A stretch of 64,000 bases of DNA. Source: Bugula neritina (Eukaryota > Animalia > Bryozoa). The notes beneath the pieces are model-generated. The model was not told the DNA's origin. It made no database searches and saw only the letters and a list, made by a program, of their open reading frames with translations. The stretch lies in contig OZ037766.1 in the NCBI GenBank assembly GCA_964035545.1, positions 21,812,767-21,876,766 on the forward strand, given 5' to 3'. Below, in pieces: positions 49,491 through 63,663 of this stretch. Numbering within the stretch: position 1 is the stretch's first letter; each line of letters starts with the position of its first letter. Both the position numbers and the translations under genes were made by a program.

Positions 49491-50300
49491 TTGTTAGATT
49501 GTTGGAGATTTGTTGAAAGTGTTAGACAGAGCCCTATCGAATTATTTTGTTAGATTGTTAGATTGTTGGAAATTCAATGCTTTTATATATCTACACTTTT
49601 GGAGAATTGTTGAAAGTGTTAGACAGAGCCCTATCTGATTATTTTGTTAGATTGTTAGATTGTTGGAAATTCAATGCTTTTATATATCTACACTTTTGGA
49701 GATTTGTTGAAAGTGTTAGACAGAGCCCTATCTGATTATTTTGTTAGATTGTTAGATTGTTGGAAATTCAATGCTTTTATATATCTACACTTTTGGAGAA
49801 TTGTTGAAAGTGTTAGACAGAGCCCTATCTGATTATTTTGTTAGATTGTTAGATTGTTGGAAATTCAATGCTTTTATATATAAAAAAGTGTTGGAGATTT
49901 GTTGAAAGTGTTAGACAGAGCCCTATCTGATTATTTTGTTAGATTGTTAGATTGTTGGAAATTCAATGCTTTTATATATAAAAAAGTGTTGGAGATTTGT
50001 TGAAAGTGTTAGACAGAGCCCTAATTGATTATTTTGTTAGATTGTTAGATTGTTGGAAATTCAATGCTTTTATATATTTACACTTTTGGAGAATTGTTGA
50101 AAGTGTTAGACAGAGCCCTATCTGATTATTTTGTTAGATTGTTAGATTGTTGGAAATTCAATGCTTTTATATATAAAAAAGTGTTGGAGATTTGTTGAAA
50201 GTGTTAGACAGAGCCCTATCTGATTATTTTGTTAGATTGTTAGATTGTTGGAAATTCAATGCTTTTATATATCTACACTTTCAGAGATTTGTTGAGAGTG
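49491..50300 (-). repeat. Tandem array, about 8 copies of the 97/98-bp monomer (inverted orientation)
   Basis: Reverse complement of the monomer of 50357-61030. Confidence 0.95.
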
Positions 50301-50356
50301 TTTGTACATTGTTTCTTCCTGCAATGTATTTGTTGAATGCTTCTACGCTGTGAAGG

Positions 50357-53300
50357 TAGGGCTCTGTCTAACACTTTTAACAAATCTCCAAAAGTGTAGA
50401 TATATAAAAGCATTGAATTTCCAACAATCTAACAATCTAACAAAATAATCAGATAGGGCTCTGTCTAACACTTTCAACAATTCTCCAAAAGTGTAGATAT
50501 ATAAAAGCATTGAATTTCCAACAATCTAACAATCTAACAAAATAATCAGATAGGGCTCTGTCTAACACTTTCAACAAATCTCCAACACTTTTTTATATAT
50601 AAAAGCATTGAATTTCCAACAATCTAACAATCTAACAAAATAATCAGATAGGGCTCTGTCTAACACTTTCAACAAATCTCCAACACTTTTTTATATATAA
50701 AAGCATTGAATTTCCAACAATCTAACAATCTAACAAAATAATCAGATAGGGCTTTGTCTAACACTTTCAACAAATCTCCAAAAGTGTAGATATATAAAAG
50801 CATTGAATTTCCAACAATCTAACAATCTAACAAAATAATCAGATAGGGCTCTGTCTAACACTTTCAACAAATCTCCAAAAGTGTAGATATATAAAAGCAT
50901 TGAATTTCCAACAATCTAACAATCTAACAAAATAATCAGATAGGGCTCTGTCTAACACTTTCAACAATTCTCCAAAAGTGTAGATATATAAAAGCATTGA
51001 ATTTCCAACAATCTAACAATCTAACAAAATAATCAGATAGGGCTCTGTCTAACACTTTCAACAAATATCCAACAGTTTTTTATATATAAAAGCATTGAAT
51101 TTCCAACAATCTAACAATCTAACAAAATAATCAGATAGGGCTCTGTCTAACACTTTCAACAAATATCCAACACTTTTTTATATATAAAAGCATTGAATTT
51201 CCAACAATCTAACAATCTAACAAAATAATCAGATAGGGCTCTGTCTAACACTTTCAACAAATCTCCAAAAGTGTAGATATATAAAAGCATTGAATTTCCA
51301 ACAATCTAACAATCTAACAAAATAATCAGATAGGGCTCTGTCTAATACTTTCAACAAATCTCCAAAAGTGTAGATATATAAAAGCATTGAATTTCCAACA
51401 ATCTAACAATCTAACAAAATAATCAGATAGGGCTCTGTCTAACACTTTCAACAAATCTCCAACACTTTTTTATATATAAAAGCATTGAATTTCCAACAAT
51501 CTAACAATCTAACAAAATAATCAGATAGGGCTCTGTCTAACACTTTCAACAATTCTCCAAAAGTGTAGATATATAAAAGCATTGAATTTCCAACAGTCTA
51601 ACAACCTAACAAAATAATCAGATAGGGCTCTGTCTAACACTTTCAACAATTCTCCAAAAGTGTAGATATATAAAAGCATTGAATTTCCAACAATCTAACA
51701 ATCTAACAAAATAATCAGATAGGGCTCTGTCTAACACTTTCAACAAATATCCAACACTTTTTTATATATAAAAGCATTGAATTTCCAACAATCTAACAAT
51801 CTAACAAAATAATCAGATAGGGCTCTGTCTAACACTTTCAACAAATCTCCAACACTTTTTTATATATAAAAGCATTGAATTTCCAACAATCTAACAATCT
51901 AACAAAATAATCAGATAGGGCTCTGTCTAACACTTTCAACAAATCTCCAAAAGTGTAGATATATAAAAGCATTGAATTTCCAACAATCTAACAATCTAAC
52001 AAAATAATCAGATAGGGCTCTGTCTAACACTTTCAACAAATCTCCAAAAGTGTAGATATATAAAAGCATTGAATTTCCAACAATCTAACAATCTAACAAA
52101 ATAATCAGATAGGGCTCTGTCTAACACTTTCAACAAATCTCCAACACTTTTTTATATATAAAAGCATTGAATTTCCAACAATCTAACAATCTAACAAAAT
52201 AATCAGATAGGGCTCTGTCTAACACTTTCAACAAATCTCCAACACTTTTATATATATAAAAGCATTGAATTTCCAACAATCTAACAATCTAACAAAATAA
52301 TCAGATAGGGCTCTGTCTAACACTTTCAACAAATCTCCAACACTTTTTTATATATAAAAGCATTGAATTTCCAACAATCTAACAATCTAACAAAATAATC
52401 AGATAGGGCTCTGTCTAACACTTTCAACAAATCTCCAACACTTTTTTATATATAAAAGCATTGAATTTCCAACAATCTAACAATCTAACAAAATAATCAG
52501 ATAGGGCTTTGTCTAACACTTTCAACAAATCTCCAAAAGTGTAGATATATAAAAGCATTGAATTTCCAACAATCTAACAATCTAACAAAATAATCAGATA
52601 GGGCTCTGTCTAACACTTTCAACAAATCTCCAAAAGTGTAGATATATAAAAGCATTGAATTTCCAACAATCTAACAATCTAACAAAATAATCAGATAGGG
52701 CTCTGTCTAACACTTTCAACAATTCTCCAAAAGTGTAGATATATAAAAGCATTGAATTTCCAACAATCTAACAATCTAACAAAATAATCAGATAGGGCTC
52801 TGTCTAACACTTTCAACAAATCTCCAACACTTTTTTATATATAAAAGCATTGAATTTCCAACAATCTAACAAAATAATCAGATAGGGCTCTGTCTAACAC
52901 TTTCAACAAATCTCCAAAAGTGTAGATATATAAAAGCATTGAATTTCCAACAATCTAACAATCTAACAAAATAATCAGATAGGGCTCTGTCTAACACTTT
53001 CAACAAATCTCCAACACTTTTTTATATATAAAAGCATTGAATTTCCAACAATCTAACAATCTAACAAAATAATCAGATAGGGCTCTGTCTAACACTTTCA
53101 ACAAATCTCCAACACTTTTTTATATATAAAAGCATTGAATTTCCAACAATCTAACAATCTAACAAAATAATCAGATAGGGCTCTGTCTAACACTTTCAAC
53201 AAATCTCCAACACTTTTATATATATAAAAGCATTGAATTTCCAACAATCTAACAATCTAACAAAATAATCAGATAGGGCTCTGTCTAACACTTTCAACAA

Positions 53301-56300
53301 ATCTCCAACACTTTTTTATATATAAAAGCATTGAATTTCCAACAATCTAACAATCTAACAAAATAATCAGATAGGGCTCTGTCTAACACTTTCAACAAAT
53401 CTCCAAAAGTGTAGATATATAAAAGCATTGAATTTCCAACAATCTAACAATCTAACAAAATAATCAGATAGGGCTCTGTCTAACACTTTCAACAAATATC
53501 CAACACTTTTTTATATATAAAAGCATTGAATTTCCAACAATCTAACAATCTAACAAAATAATCAGATAGGGCTCTGTCTAACACTTTCAACAAATCTCCA
53601 AAAGTGTAGATATATAAAAGCATTGAATTTCCAACAATCTAACAATCTAACAAAATAATCAGATAGGGCTCTGTCTAACACTTTCAACAAATCTCCAAAA
53701 GTGTAGATATATAAAAGCATTGAATTTCCAACAATCTAACAATCTAACAAAATAATCAGATAGGGCTCTGTCTAACACTTTCAACAATTCTCCAAAAGTG
53801 TAGATATATAAAAGCATTGAATTTCCAACAATCTAACAATCTAACAAAATAATCAGATAGGGCTCTGTCTAACACTTTCAACAAATATCCAACACTTTTT
53901 TATATATAAAAGCATTGAATTTCCAACAATCTAACAATCTAACAAAATAATCAGATAGGGCTCTGTCTAACACTTTCAACAAATATCCAACACTTTTTTA
54001 TATATAAAAGCATTGAATTTCCAACAATCTAACAATCTAACAAAATAATCAGATAGGGCTCTGTCTAACACTTTCAACAAATCTCCAAAAGTGTAGATAT
54101 ATAAAAGCATTGAATTTCCAACAATCTAACAATCTAACAAAATAATCAGATAGGGCTCTGTCTAATACTTTCAACAAATCTCCAAAAGTGTAGATATATA
54201 AAAGCATTGAATTTCCAACAATCTAACAATCTAACAAAATAATCAGATAGGGCTCTGTCTAACACTTTCAACAAATCTCCAACACTTTTTTATATATAAA
54301 AGCATTGAATTTCCAACAATCTAACAATCTAACAAAATAATCAGATAGGGCTCTGTCTAACACTTTCAACAATTCTCCAAAAGTGTAGATATATAAAAGC
54401 ATTGAATTTCCAACAGTCTAGCAACCTAACAAAATAATCAGATAGGGCTCTGTCTAACACTTTCAACAATTCTCCAAAAGTGTAGATATATAAAAGCATT
54501 GAATTTCCAACAATCTAACAATCTAACAAAATAATCAGATAGGGCTCTGTCTAACACTTTCAACAAATATCCAACACTTTTTTATATATAAAAGCATTGA
54601 ATTTCCAACAATCTAACAATCTAACAAAATAATCAGATAGGGCTCTGTCTAACACTTTCAACAAATCTCCAACACTTTTTTATATATAAAAGCATTGAAT
54701 TTCCAACAATCTAACAATCTAACAAAATAATCAGATAGGGCTCTGTCTAACACTTTCAACAAATCTCCAAAAGTGTAGATATATAAAAGCATTGAATTTC
54801 CAACAATCTAACAATCTAACAAAATAATCAGATAGGGCTCTGTCTAACACTTTCAACAAATCTCCAAAAGTGTAGATATATAAAAGCATTGAATTTCCAA
54901 CAATCTAACAATCTAACAAAATAATCAGATAGGGCTCTGTCTAACACTTTCAACAAATCTCCAACACTTTTTTATATATAAAAGCATTGAATTTCCAACA
55001 ATCTAACAATCTAACAAAATAATCAGATAGGGCTCTGTCTAACACTTTCAACAAATCTCCAACACTTTTATATATATAAAAGCATTGAATTTCCAACAAT
55101 CTAACAATCTAACAAAATAATCAGATAGGGCTCTGTCTAACACTTTCAACAAATCTCCAACACTTTTTTATATATAAAAGCATTGAATTTCCAACAATCT
55201 AACAATCTAACAAAATAATCAGATAGGGCTCTGTCTAACACTTTCAACAAATCTCCAACACTTTTTTATATATAAAAGCATTGAATTTCCAACAATCTAA
55301 CAATCTAACAAAATAATCAGATAGGGCTTTGTCTAACACTTTCAACAAATCTCCAAAAGTGTAGATATATAAAAGCATTGAATTTCCAACAATCTAACAA
55401 TCTAACAAAATAATCAGATAGGGCTCTGTCTAACACTTTCAACAAATCTCCAAAAGTGTAGATATATAAAAGCATTGAATTTCCAACAATCTAACAATCT
55501 AACAAAATAATCAGATAGGGCTCTGTCTAACACTTTCAACAATTCTCCAAAAGTGTAGATATATAAAAGCATTGAATTTCCAACAATCTAACAATCTAAC
55601 AAAATAATCAGATAGGGCTCTGTCTAACACTTTCAACAATTCTCCAAAAGTGTAGATATATAAAAGCATTGAATTTCCAACAATCTAACAATCTAACAAA
55701 ATAATCAGATAGGGCTCTGTCTAACACTTTCAACAAATCTCCAACACTTTTTTATATATAAAAGCATTGAATTTCCAACAATCTAACAATCTAACAAAAT
55801 AATCAGATAGAGCTCTGTCTAACACTTTCAACAAATCTCCAAAAGTGTAGATATATAAAAGCATTGAATTTCCAACAATCTAACAATCTAACAAAATAAT
55901 CAGATAGGGCTCTGTCTAACACTTTCAACAAATCTCCAACACTTTTTTATATATAAAAGCATTGAATTTCCAACAATCTAACAATCTAACAAAATAATCA
56001 GGTAGGGCTCTGTCTAACACTTTCAACAAATCTCCAACACTTTTTTATATATAAAAGCATTGAATTTCCAACAATCTAACAATCTAACAAAATAATCAGA
56101 TAGGGCTCTGTCTAACACTTTCAACAAATCTCCAAAAGTGTAGATATATAAAAGCATTGAATTTCCAACAATCTAACAATCTAACAAAATAATCAGATAG
56201 GGCTCTGTCTAACACTTTCAACAAATCTCCAACACTTTTTTATATATAAAAGCATTGAATTTCCAACAATCTAACAATCTAACAAAATAATCAGATAGGG

Positions 56301-59300
56301 CTCTGTCTAACACTTTCAACAAATCTCCAACACTTTTATATATATAAAAGCATTGAATTTCCAACAATCTAACAATCTAACAAAATAATCAGATAGGGCT
56401 CTGTCTAACACTTTCAACAAATATCCAACACTTTTTTATATATAAAAGCATTGAATTTCCAACAATCTAACAATCTAACAAAATAATCAGATAGGGCTCT
56501 GTCTAACACTTTCAACAAATCTCCAAAAGTGTAGATATATAAAAGCATTGAATTTCCAACAATCTAACAATCTAACAAAATAATCAGATAGGGCTCTGTC
56601 TAACACTTTCAACAATTCTCCAAAAGTGTAGATATATAAAAGCATTGAATTTCCAACAATCTAACAATCTAACAAAATTATCAGATAGGGCTCTGTCTAA
56701 CACTTTCAACAAATATCCAACACTTTTTTATATATAAAAGCATTGAATTTCCAACAATCTAACAATCTAACAAAATAATCAGATAGGGCTCTGTCTAACA
56801 CTTTCAACAAATCTCCAAAAGTGTAGATATATAAAAGCATTGAATTTCCAACAATCTAACAATCTAACAAAATAATCAGATAGGGCTCTGTCTAACACTT
56901 TCAACAAATCTCCAAAAGTGTAGATATATAAAAGCATTGAATTTCCAACAATCTAACAATCTAACAAAATAATCAGATAGGGCTCTGTCTAACACTTTCA
57001 ACAATTCTCCAAAAGTGTAGATATATAAAAGCATTGAATTTCCAACAATCTAACAATCTAACAAAATAATCAGATAGGGCTCTGTCTAACACTTTCAACA
57101 AATATCCAACACTTTTTTATATATAAAAGCATTGAATTTCCAACAATCTAACAATCTAACAAAATAATCAGATAGGGCTCTGTCTAACACTTTCAACAAA
57201 TATCCAACACTTTTTTATATATAAAAGCATTGAATTTCCAACAATCTAACAATCTAACAAAATAATCAGATAGGGCTCTGTCTAACACTTTCAACAAATC
57301 TCCAAAAGTGTAGATATATAAAAGCATTGAATTTCCAACAATCTAACAATCTAACAAAATAATCAGATAGGGCTCTGTCTAATACTTTCAACAAATCTCC
57401 AAAAGTGTAGATATATAAAAGCATTGAATTTCCAACAATCTAACAATCTAACAAAATAATCAGATAGGGCTCTGTCTAACACTTTCAACAAATCTCCAAC
57501 ACTTTTTTATATATAAAAGCATTGAATTTCCAACAATCTAACAATCTAACAAAATAATCAGATAGGGCTCTGTCTAACACTTTCAACAATTCTCCAAAAG
57601 TGTAGATATATAAAAGCATTGAATTTCCAACAGTCTAACAACCTAACAAAATAATCAGATAGGGCTCTGTCTAACACTTTCAACAATTCTCCAAAAGTGT
57701 AGATATATAAAAGCATTGAATTTCCAACAATCTAACAATCTAACAAAATAATCAGATAGGGCTCTGTCTAACACTTTCAACAAATATCCAACACTTTTTT
57801 ATATATAAAAGCATTGAATTTCCAACAATCTAACAATCTAACAAAATAATCAGATAGGGCTCTGTCTAACACTTTCAACAAATCTCCAACACTTTTTTAT
57901 ATATAAAAGCATTGAATTTCCAACAATCTAACAATCTAACAAAATAATCAGATAGGGCTTTGTCTAACACTTTCAACAAATCTCCAAAAGTGTAGATATA
58001 TAAAAGCATTGAATTTCCAACAATCTAACAATCTAACAAAATAATCAGATAGGGCTCTGTCTAACACTTTCAACAAATCTCCAAAAGTGTAGATATATAA
58101 AAGCATTGAATTTCCAACAATCTAACAATCTAACAAAATAATCAGATAGGGCTCTGTCTAACACTTTCAACAATTCTCCAAAAGTGTAGATATATAAAAG
58201 CATTGAATTTCCAACAATCTAACAATCTAACAAAATAATCAGATAGGGCTCTGTCTAACACTTTCAACAATTCTCCAAAAGTGTAGATATATAAAAGCAT
58301 TGAATTTCCAACAATCTAACAATCTAACAAAATAATCAGATAGGGCTCTGTCTAACACTTTCAACAAATCTCCAACACTTTTTTATATATAAAAGCATTG
58401 AATTTCCAACAATCTAACAATCTAACAAAATAATCAGATAGAGCTCTGTCTAACACTTTCAACAAATCTCCAAAAGTGTAGATATATAAAAGCATTGAAT
58501 TTCCAACAATCTAACAATCTAACAAAATAATCAGATAGGGCTCTGTCTAACACTTTCAACAAATCTCCAACACTTTTTTATATATAAAAGCATTGAATTT
58601 CCAACAATCTAACAATCTAACAAAATAATCAGATAGGGCTCTGTCTAACACTTTCAACAAATCTCCAACACTTTTTTATATATAAAAGCATTGAATTTCC
58701 AACAATCTAACAATCTAACAAAATAATCAGATAGGGCTCTGTCTAACACTTTCAACAAATCTCCAAAAGTGTAGATATATAAAAGCATTGAATTTCCAAC
58801 AATCTAACAATCTAACAAAATAATCAGATAGGGCTCTGTCTAACACTTTCAACAAATCTCCAACACTTTTTTATATATAAAAGCATTGAATTTCCAACAA
58901 TCTAACAATCTAACAAAATAATCAGATAGGGCTCTGTCTAACACTTTCAACAAATCTCCAACACTTTTTTATATATAAAAGCATTGAATTTCCAACAATC
59001 TAACAATCTAACAAAATAATCAGATAGGGCTCTGTCTAACACTTTCAACAAATCTCCAACACTTTTATATATATAAAAGCATTGAATTTCCAACAATCTA
59101 ACAATCTAACAAAATAATCAGATAGGGCTCTGTCTAACACTTTCAACAAATCTCCAACACTTTTTTATATATAAAAGCATTGAATTTCCAACAATCTAAC
59201 AATCTAACAAAATAATCAGATAGGGCTCTGTCTAACACTTTCAACAAATCTCCAAAAGTGTAGATATATAAAAGCATTGAATTTCCAACAATCTAACAAT

Positions 59301-61030
59301 CTAACAAAATAATCAGATAGGGCTCTGTCTAACACTTTCAACAAATATCCAACACTTTTTTATATATAAAAGCATTGAATTTCCAACAATCTAACAATCT
59401 AACAAAATAATCAGATAGGGCTCTGTCTAACACTTTCAACAAATCTCCAAAAGTGTAGATATATAAAAGCATTGAATTTCCAACAATCTAACAATCTAAC
59501 AAAATAATCAGATAGGGCTCTGTCTAACACTTTCAACAAATCTCCAACACTTTTTTATATATAAAAGCATTGAATTTCCAACAATCTAACAATCTAACAA
59601 AATAATCAGATAGGGCTCTGTCTAACACTTTCAACAAATCTCCAACACTTTTTTATATATAAAAGCATTGAATTTCTAACAATCTAACAATCTAACAAAA
59701 TAATCAGATAGAGCTCTGTCTAACACTTTCAACAAATCTCCAAAAGTGTAGATATATAAAAGCATTGAATTTCCAACAATCTAACAATCTAACAAAATAA
59801 TCAGATAGGGCTCTGTCTAACACTTTCAACAAATCTCCAACACTTTTTTATATATAAAAGCATTGAATTTCCAACAATCTAACAATCTAACAAAATAATC
59901 AGATAGGGCTCTGTCTAACACTTTCAACAAATCTCCAACACTTTTTTATATATAAAAGCATTGAATTTCCAACAATCTAACAATCTAACAAAATAATCAG
60001 ATAGGGCTCTGTCTAACACTTTCAACAAATCTCCAAAAGTGTAGATATATAAAAGCATTGAATTTCCAACAATCTAACAATCTAACAAAATAATCAGATA
60101 GGGCTCTGTCTAACACTTTCAACAAATCTCCAACACTTTTTTATATATAAAAGCATTGAATTTCCAACAATCTAACAATCTAACAAAATAATCAGATAGG
60201 GCTCTGTCTAACACTTTCAACAAATCTCCAACACTTTTTTATATATAAAAGCATTGAATTTCCAACAATCTAACAATCTAACAAAATAATCAGATAGGGC
60301 TCTGTCTAACACTTTCAACAAATCTCCAACACTTTTATATATATAAAAGCATTGAATTTCCAACAATCTAACAATCTAACAAAATAATCAGATAGGGCTC
60401 TGTCTAACACTTTCAACAAATCTCCAACACTTTTTTATATATAAAAGCATTGAATTTCCAACAATCTAACAATCTAACAAAATAATCAGATAGGGCTCTG
60501 TCTAACACTTTCAACAAATCTCCAAAAGTGTAGATATATAAAAGCATTGAATTTCCAACAATCTAACAATCTAACAAAATAATCAGATAGGGCTCTGTCT
60601 AACACTTTCAACAAATATCCAACACTTTTTTATATATAAAAGCATTGAATTTCCAACAATCTAACAATCTAACAAAATAATCAGATAGGGCTCTGTCTAA
60701 CACTTTCAACAAATCTCCAAAAGTGTAGATATATAAAAGCATTGAATTTCCAACAATCTAACAATCTAACAAAATAATCAGATAGGGCTCTGTCTAACAC
60801 TTTCAACAATTCTCCAAAAGTGTAGATATATAAAAGCATTGAATTTCCAACAATCTAACAATCTAACAAAATTATCAGATAGGGCTCTGTCTAACACTTT
60901 CAACAAATATCCAACACTTTTTTATATATAAAAGCATTGAATTTCCAACAATCTAACAATCTAACAAAATAATCAGATAGGGCTCTGTCTAACACTTTCA
61001 ACAAATCTCCAAAAGTGTTGATATATAACA
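50357..61030 (+). repeat. Satellite array, about 110 copies of a 97/98-bp monomer with two main variants and higher-order blocks
   Basis: Monomer AGATAGGGCTCTGTCTAACACTTTCAACAAATCTCC[AAAAGTGTAG or AACACTTTTTT]ATATATAAAAGCATTGAATTTCCAACAATCTAACAATCTAACAAAATAATC; copies counted by eye. Confidence 0.97.
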
Positions 61031-61108
61031 TAATGTGGAGAAAATGAAAATGTTGTATAGTAAATTCTTATATGTGATTTCCAATATCTCCATTACTGCA
61101 CCTACCTC

Positions 61109-61500
61109 GTCTGATGTGAGGGATGAGTTAGGACTCCGGTCGCTGGAAGACAGACGAAAAAATCATCGACTGTGTTTATTGACCCGAATTCTTCATAATG
61201 AGGATCAACACCAATCTCTATCCAGAGCCTATGACGAAATAATTGAAGACAGGGAACTTGTAACTGTAACCACTCGAGCGGCTGCCAGAGGAGAGCTTAT
61301 CTCTATATCATCTAGGAAAAACTTATTCCACACTAGTTTTCTACCACGAACAATTCGTGAAATGCGCAGAGAATATAATAACTAATTACAAAACAGCAAA
61401 TGCTGTAACTAGTGCTAACCCTGGTCTAATGTAAGTTTTCACTAGAGGCTTCCCTATAGACTTTCCAGTTGCTGCAGAAGTCCTACCTCAACTGAGGTAA
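61109..61500 (+). mobile_element. CR1-group LINE 3' fragment, right half
   Basis: SDVRDELGLRSLEDRRKNHRLCLL..TRAAARG..SFLPRTIRE, stop at 61385, then a short 3' UTR (end approximate). Confidence 0.85.
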
Positions 61501-61501
61501 T

Positions 61502-61930
61502 GGGTGCAGGTCATTTCGTACGTTTCGTACCTACTTTTTCAGGTCGTTTCGTACGCTTATGATAAGTCGTTTCATACACATCAAACCCCTACAGCTAATG
61601 CTATTAGTATTATTATATTTATTGTATAAAAATAAATATTAACGCATTTATTAAAATACTAATAGATTTAAGATTAGTATGAAACATAGTGATAGGTGAT
61701 TGATCAATGACAATAGGCTAGTGAAACTGAATAGTAAATACTAATAGCCAATAGCTGAACAGGTGTGGAAGATACATGATGGAATGCAATAAATAAGTAA
61801 ACTAGTATCATTCAAGTGTTATCCAGTGAATTAGTTTATTATTCATTTTATGTATGAAATGGACAGCAGTTTGTGTACAAAACGATTATTTTGTATACGG
61901 AACGGCTTGTGCACGAATTGGCAGTGACCC
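61502..61930. repeat. Degenerate MITE-like element
   Basis: Repeated TTTCGTAC units at the left versus degenerate GTAC(G/A)AAACG units at the right; GGGT...ACCC ends. Confidence 0.45.
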
Positions 61931-62139
61931 ATGATTATCAATATCATGATCATTATGATTGTGATCTCACTCAAACTTACTCGAAGTGATCACCACATTA
62001 AATTGCCACAGAGGAAGGAAGGGGTGTACTGCATATGGGTAAAATTTTGGAAAGTCATTGGTCAATAGTCATGCATTTGGTCCTTGTTGGGCTGTATTTA
62101 CTGAACAGGAACTTGATCCTGCCTATTTGGTGATCTCTG

Positions 62140-62425
62140 AATTTTCATATCCCAGTTAGCTTTGGGAGAAAACTGTTCAGGTACTTAGTACTGTTAGCAC
62201 CCACTGATCAGGCTGTGCCCTCGCTTGGGAGCGAGTGTGTATAGTGCTGTTTGTTGGTTTGTTCAGCAGATCATCATAGGCAGAGCTGAGAGCCAAATGT
62301 TGTTCTTTTGTCAGAATCCTCATAAGGTGATTGATAAATCTGGTACTCCTTCTTTGATCGCTGTACGCAGAGCTTCTTCATGGCACTTTCGACATCTTCG
62401 CGACCTTTGATATTGGCTATGACAG
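62140..62425 (-). mobile_element. Degenerate LINE 3' fragment related to the 49163/61109 LINE
   Basis: Minus strand reads IANIKGREDV..LMRILTKEQHLALSSAYDDLL..TRSQARAQP..SFLPK, paralleling ISNMKGRADSV..LTRILHNEDQHQSLSRAYDEII..TRAAARGE..SFLPR. Confidence 0.7.
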
Positions 62426-62749
62426 ACAGATAGTTATTATATTAACATTTATTATATCTGTAATATAAATATCAAGATACTATTACTTATACTGTAATTT
62501 AAACTATAATAATTAACTAATTTATATTATATATCAATATGATTTTGCCGCCCACTTCAATTGTTTTCAATGGTGTAAGTGTAACAGTAATGACTTATGT
62601 TAATCATATCAGTTTGATTATCAGTATGATTATAGTTATTTAAAATGATTTTGTGTTGAAAGTTGAATCAAGGTAAACTAAGTTTTACGTGGCTTTGAAT
62701 ACGTAACATGTTTGCTGTATAGTTTTATTTAATTTTATTGACTTTACAG

Positions 62750-63663
62750 GTGTCTGAAGCTATAACGATTTTTAAAGAGCTTGTTGAACATCCCAGGATA
62801 AGTTCAGCCTGGCTTGTCAAATCTAAAAATCGTTACATAAACATTGAAAGTGTTTGGACTCAGAAGTGTTTGGAAAGGAGCGATTCTCATAAATTTAGAC
62901 GTGGTTATGTAATAGATGCTGATACTTCTGAAGTCATAACCCGATCTAATCCACAACTACATCTAGATTGGTGAGTATCTCAAGTCGTAGTTGTGTTACA
63001 AGAGCAGTTGTTAGGACATGAATAAACACATCAAACATTGATCTTGAAAGCTGATGTTGATGTTCAGTGGGTGAAGAATTGATTTATGTAATGATTACAG
63101 TGATTGGCATGTCATTTCTCCATCTGGTCAAAAAGCTGTCGTGATAAGAAAACATATTTCTGACAAAACCAAACCAGCTGAAGAGAAATGGTATTTTGAG
63201 GTATGAATAGATGACTAGCTTAACCTACTTTTGAATATTATAGCTGTTAATAAACATAACTGTGTTATATCAGGAATTACACAGTATATTGTATTCTTAT
63301 ATGTTATCATTTATAGGTTTGGGCTTCCAGTGGATTTTGTGAAAAAGTCATTGATGTTTCAGCAACTGAAAAGCATGGTGCAGTGTATGATGATGATGGT
63401 AGGCAGAATTAGTATTCTATGTTTTTGTCATTTTGATCTTAATCTGTAATTATTGTATCTACAGTGATATGAGTATAACAACACACTCTTATACTGTTAT
63501 TACATTCAGTCATATACTAACCTTCCCCTGTGTAGAAGCATTTGGTTCAGTGGCATGGAACACAGCAGAAGATAAAATAGTTTATGTTGCTGAAAAGAAG
63601 AAAGTAGAGTCGGGCTCCTACTTTGCCAAACCATCCAAATGTCAGGATAAACCCCCTGAGCCG
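62750..63663 (+). CDS. APEH: Acylamino-acid-releasing enzyme (acylpeptide hydrolase), N-terminal exons; the gene continues beyond the window and the start exon is unresolved
   Basis: Exons 62750-62970, 63101-63200, 63317-63398, 63536-63663 in phase. WTQKCLER, SPSGQKAVVIRK, FEVW, EKHGAVYDDDEAFGSVAW, IVYVAEKK match the APEH N-terminal region (SPSG.MKAVLRK, EKHGPVYEDD.FG.LSW, LYVAEKK). Confidence 0.88.

Larger units (their letters stand above)
49331..61108. mobile_element. Foldback-type non-autonomous TIR element (11.8 kb, 8-bp TSD) containing inverted 97/98-bp tandem arrays
   Basis: TSD GTCTGATG (49323-49330, 61109-61116). Imperfect 26-bp TIRs CAGTTAGGTGCAGAAATGGAGATTTT versus reverse complement GAGGTAGGTGCAGTAATGGAGATATT. 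It splits a LINE ORF cleanly. Confidence 0.9.

Noticed and set aside
50357-61030. CRISPR-like array
   Set aside because: There are no unique spacers (the variable site has only two main states), no cas genes, and the context is eukaryotic.
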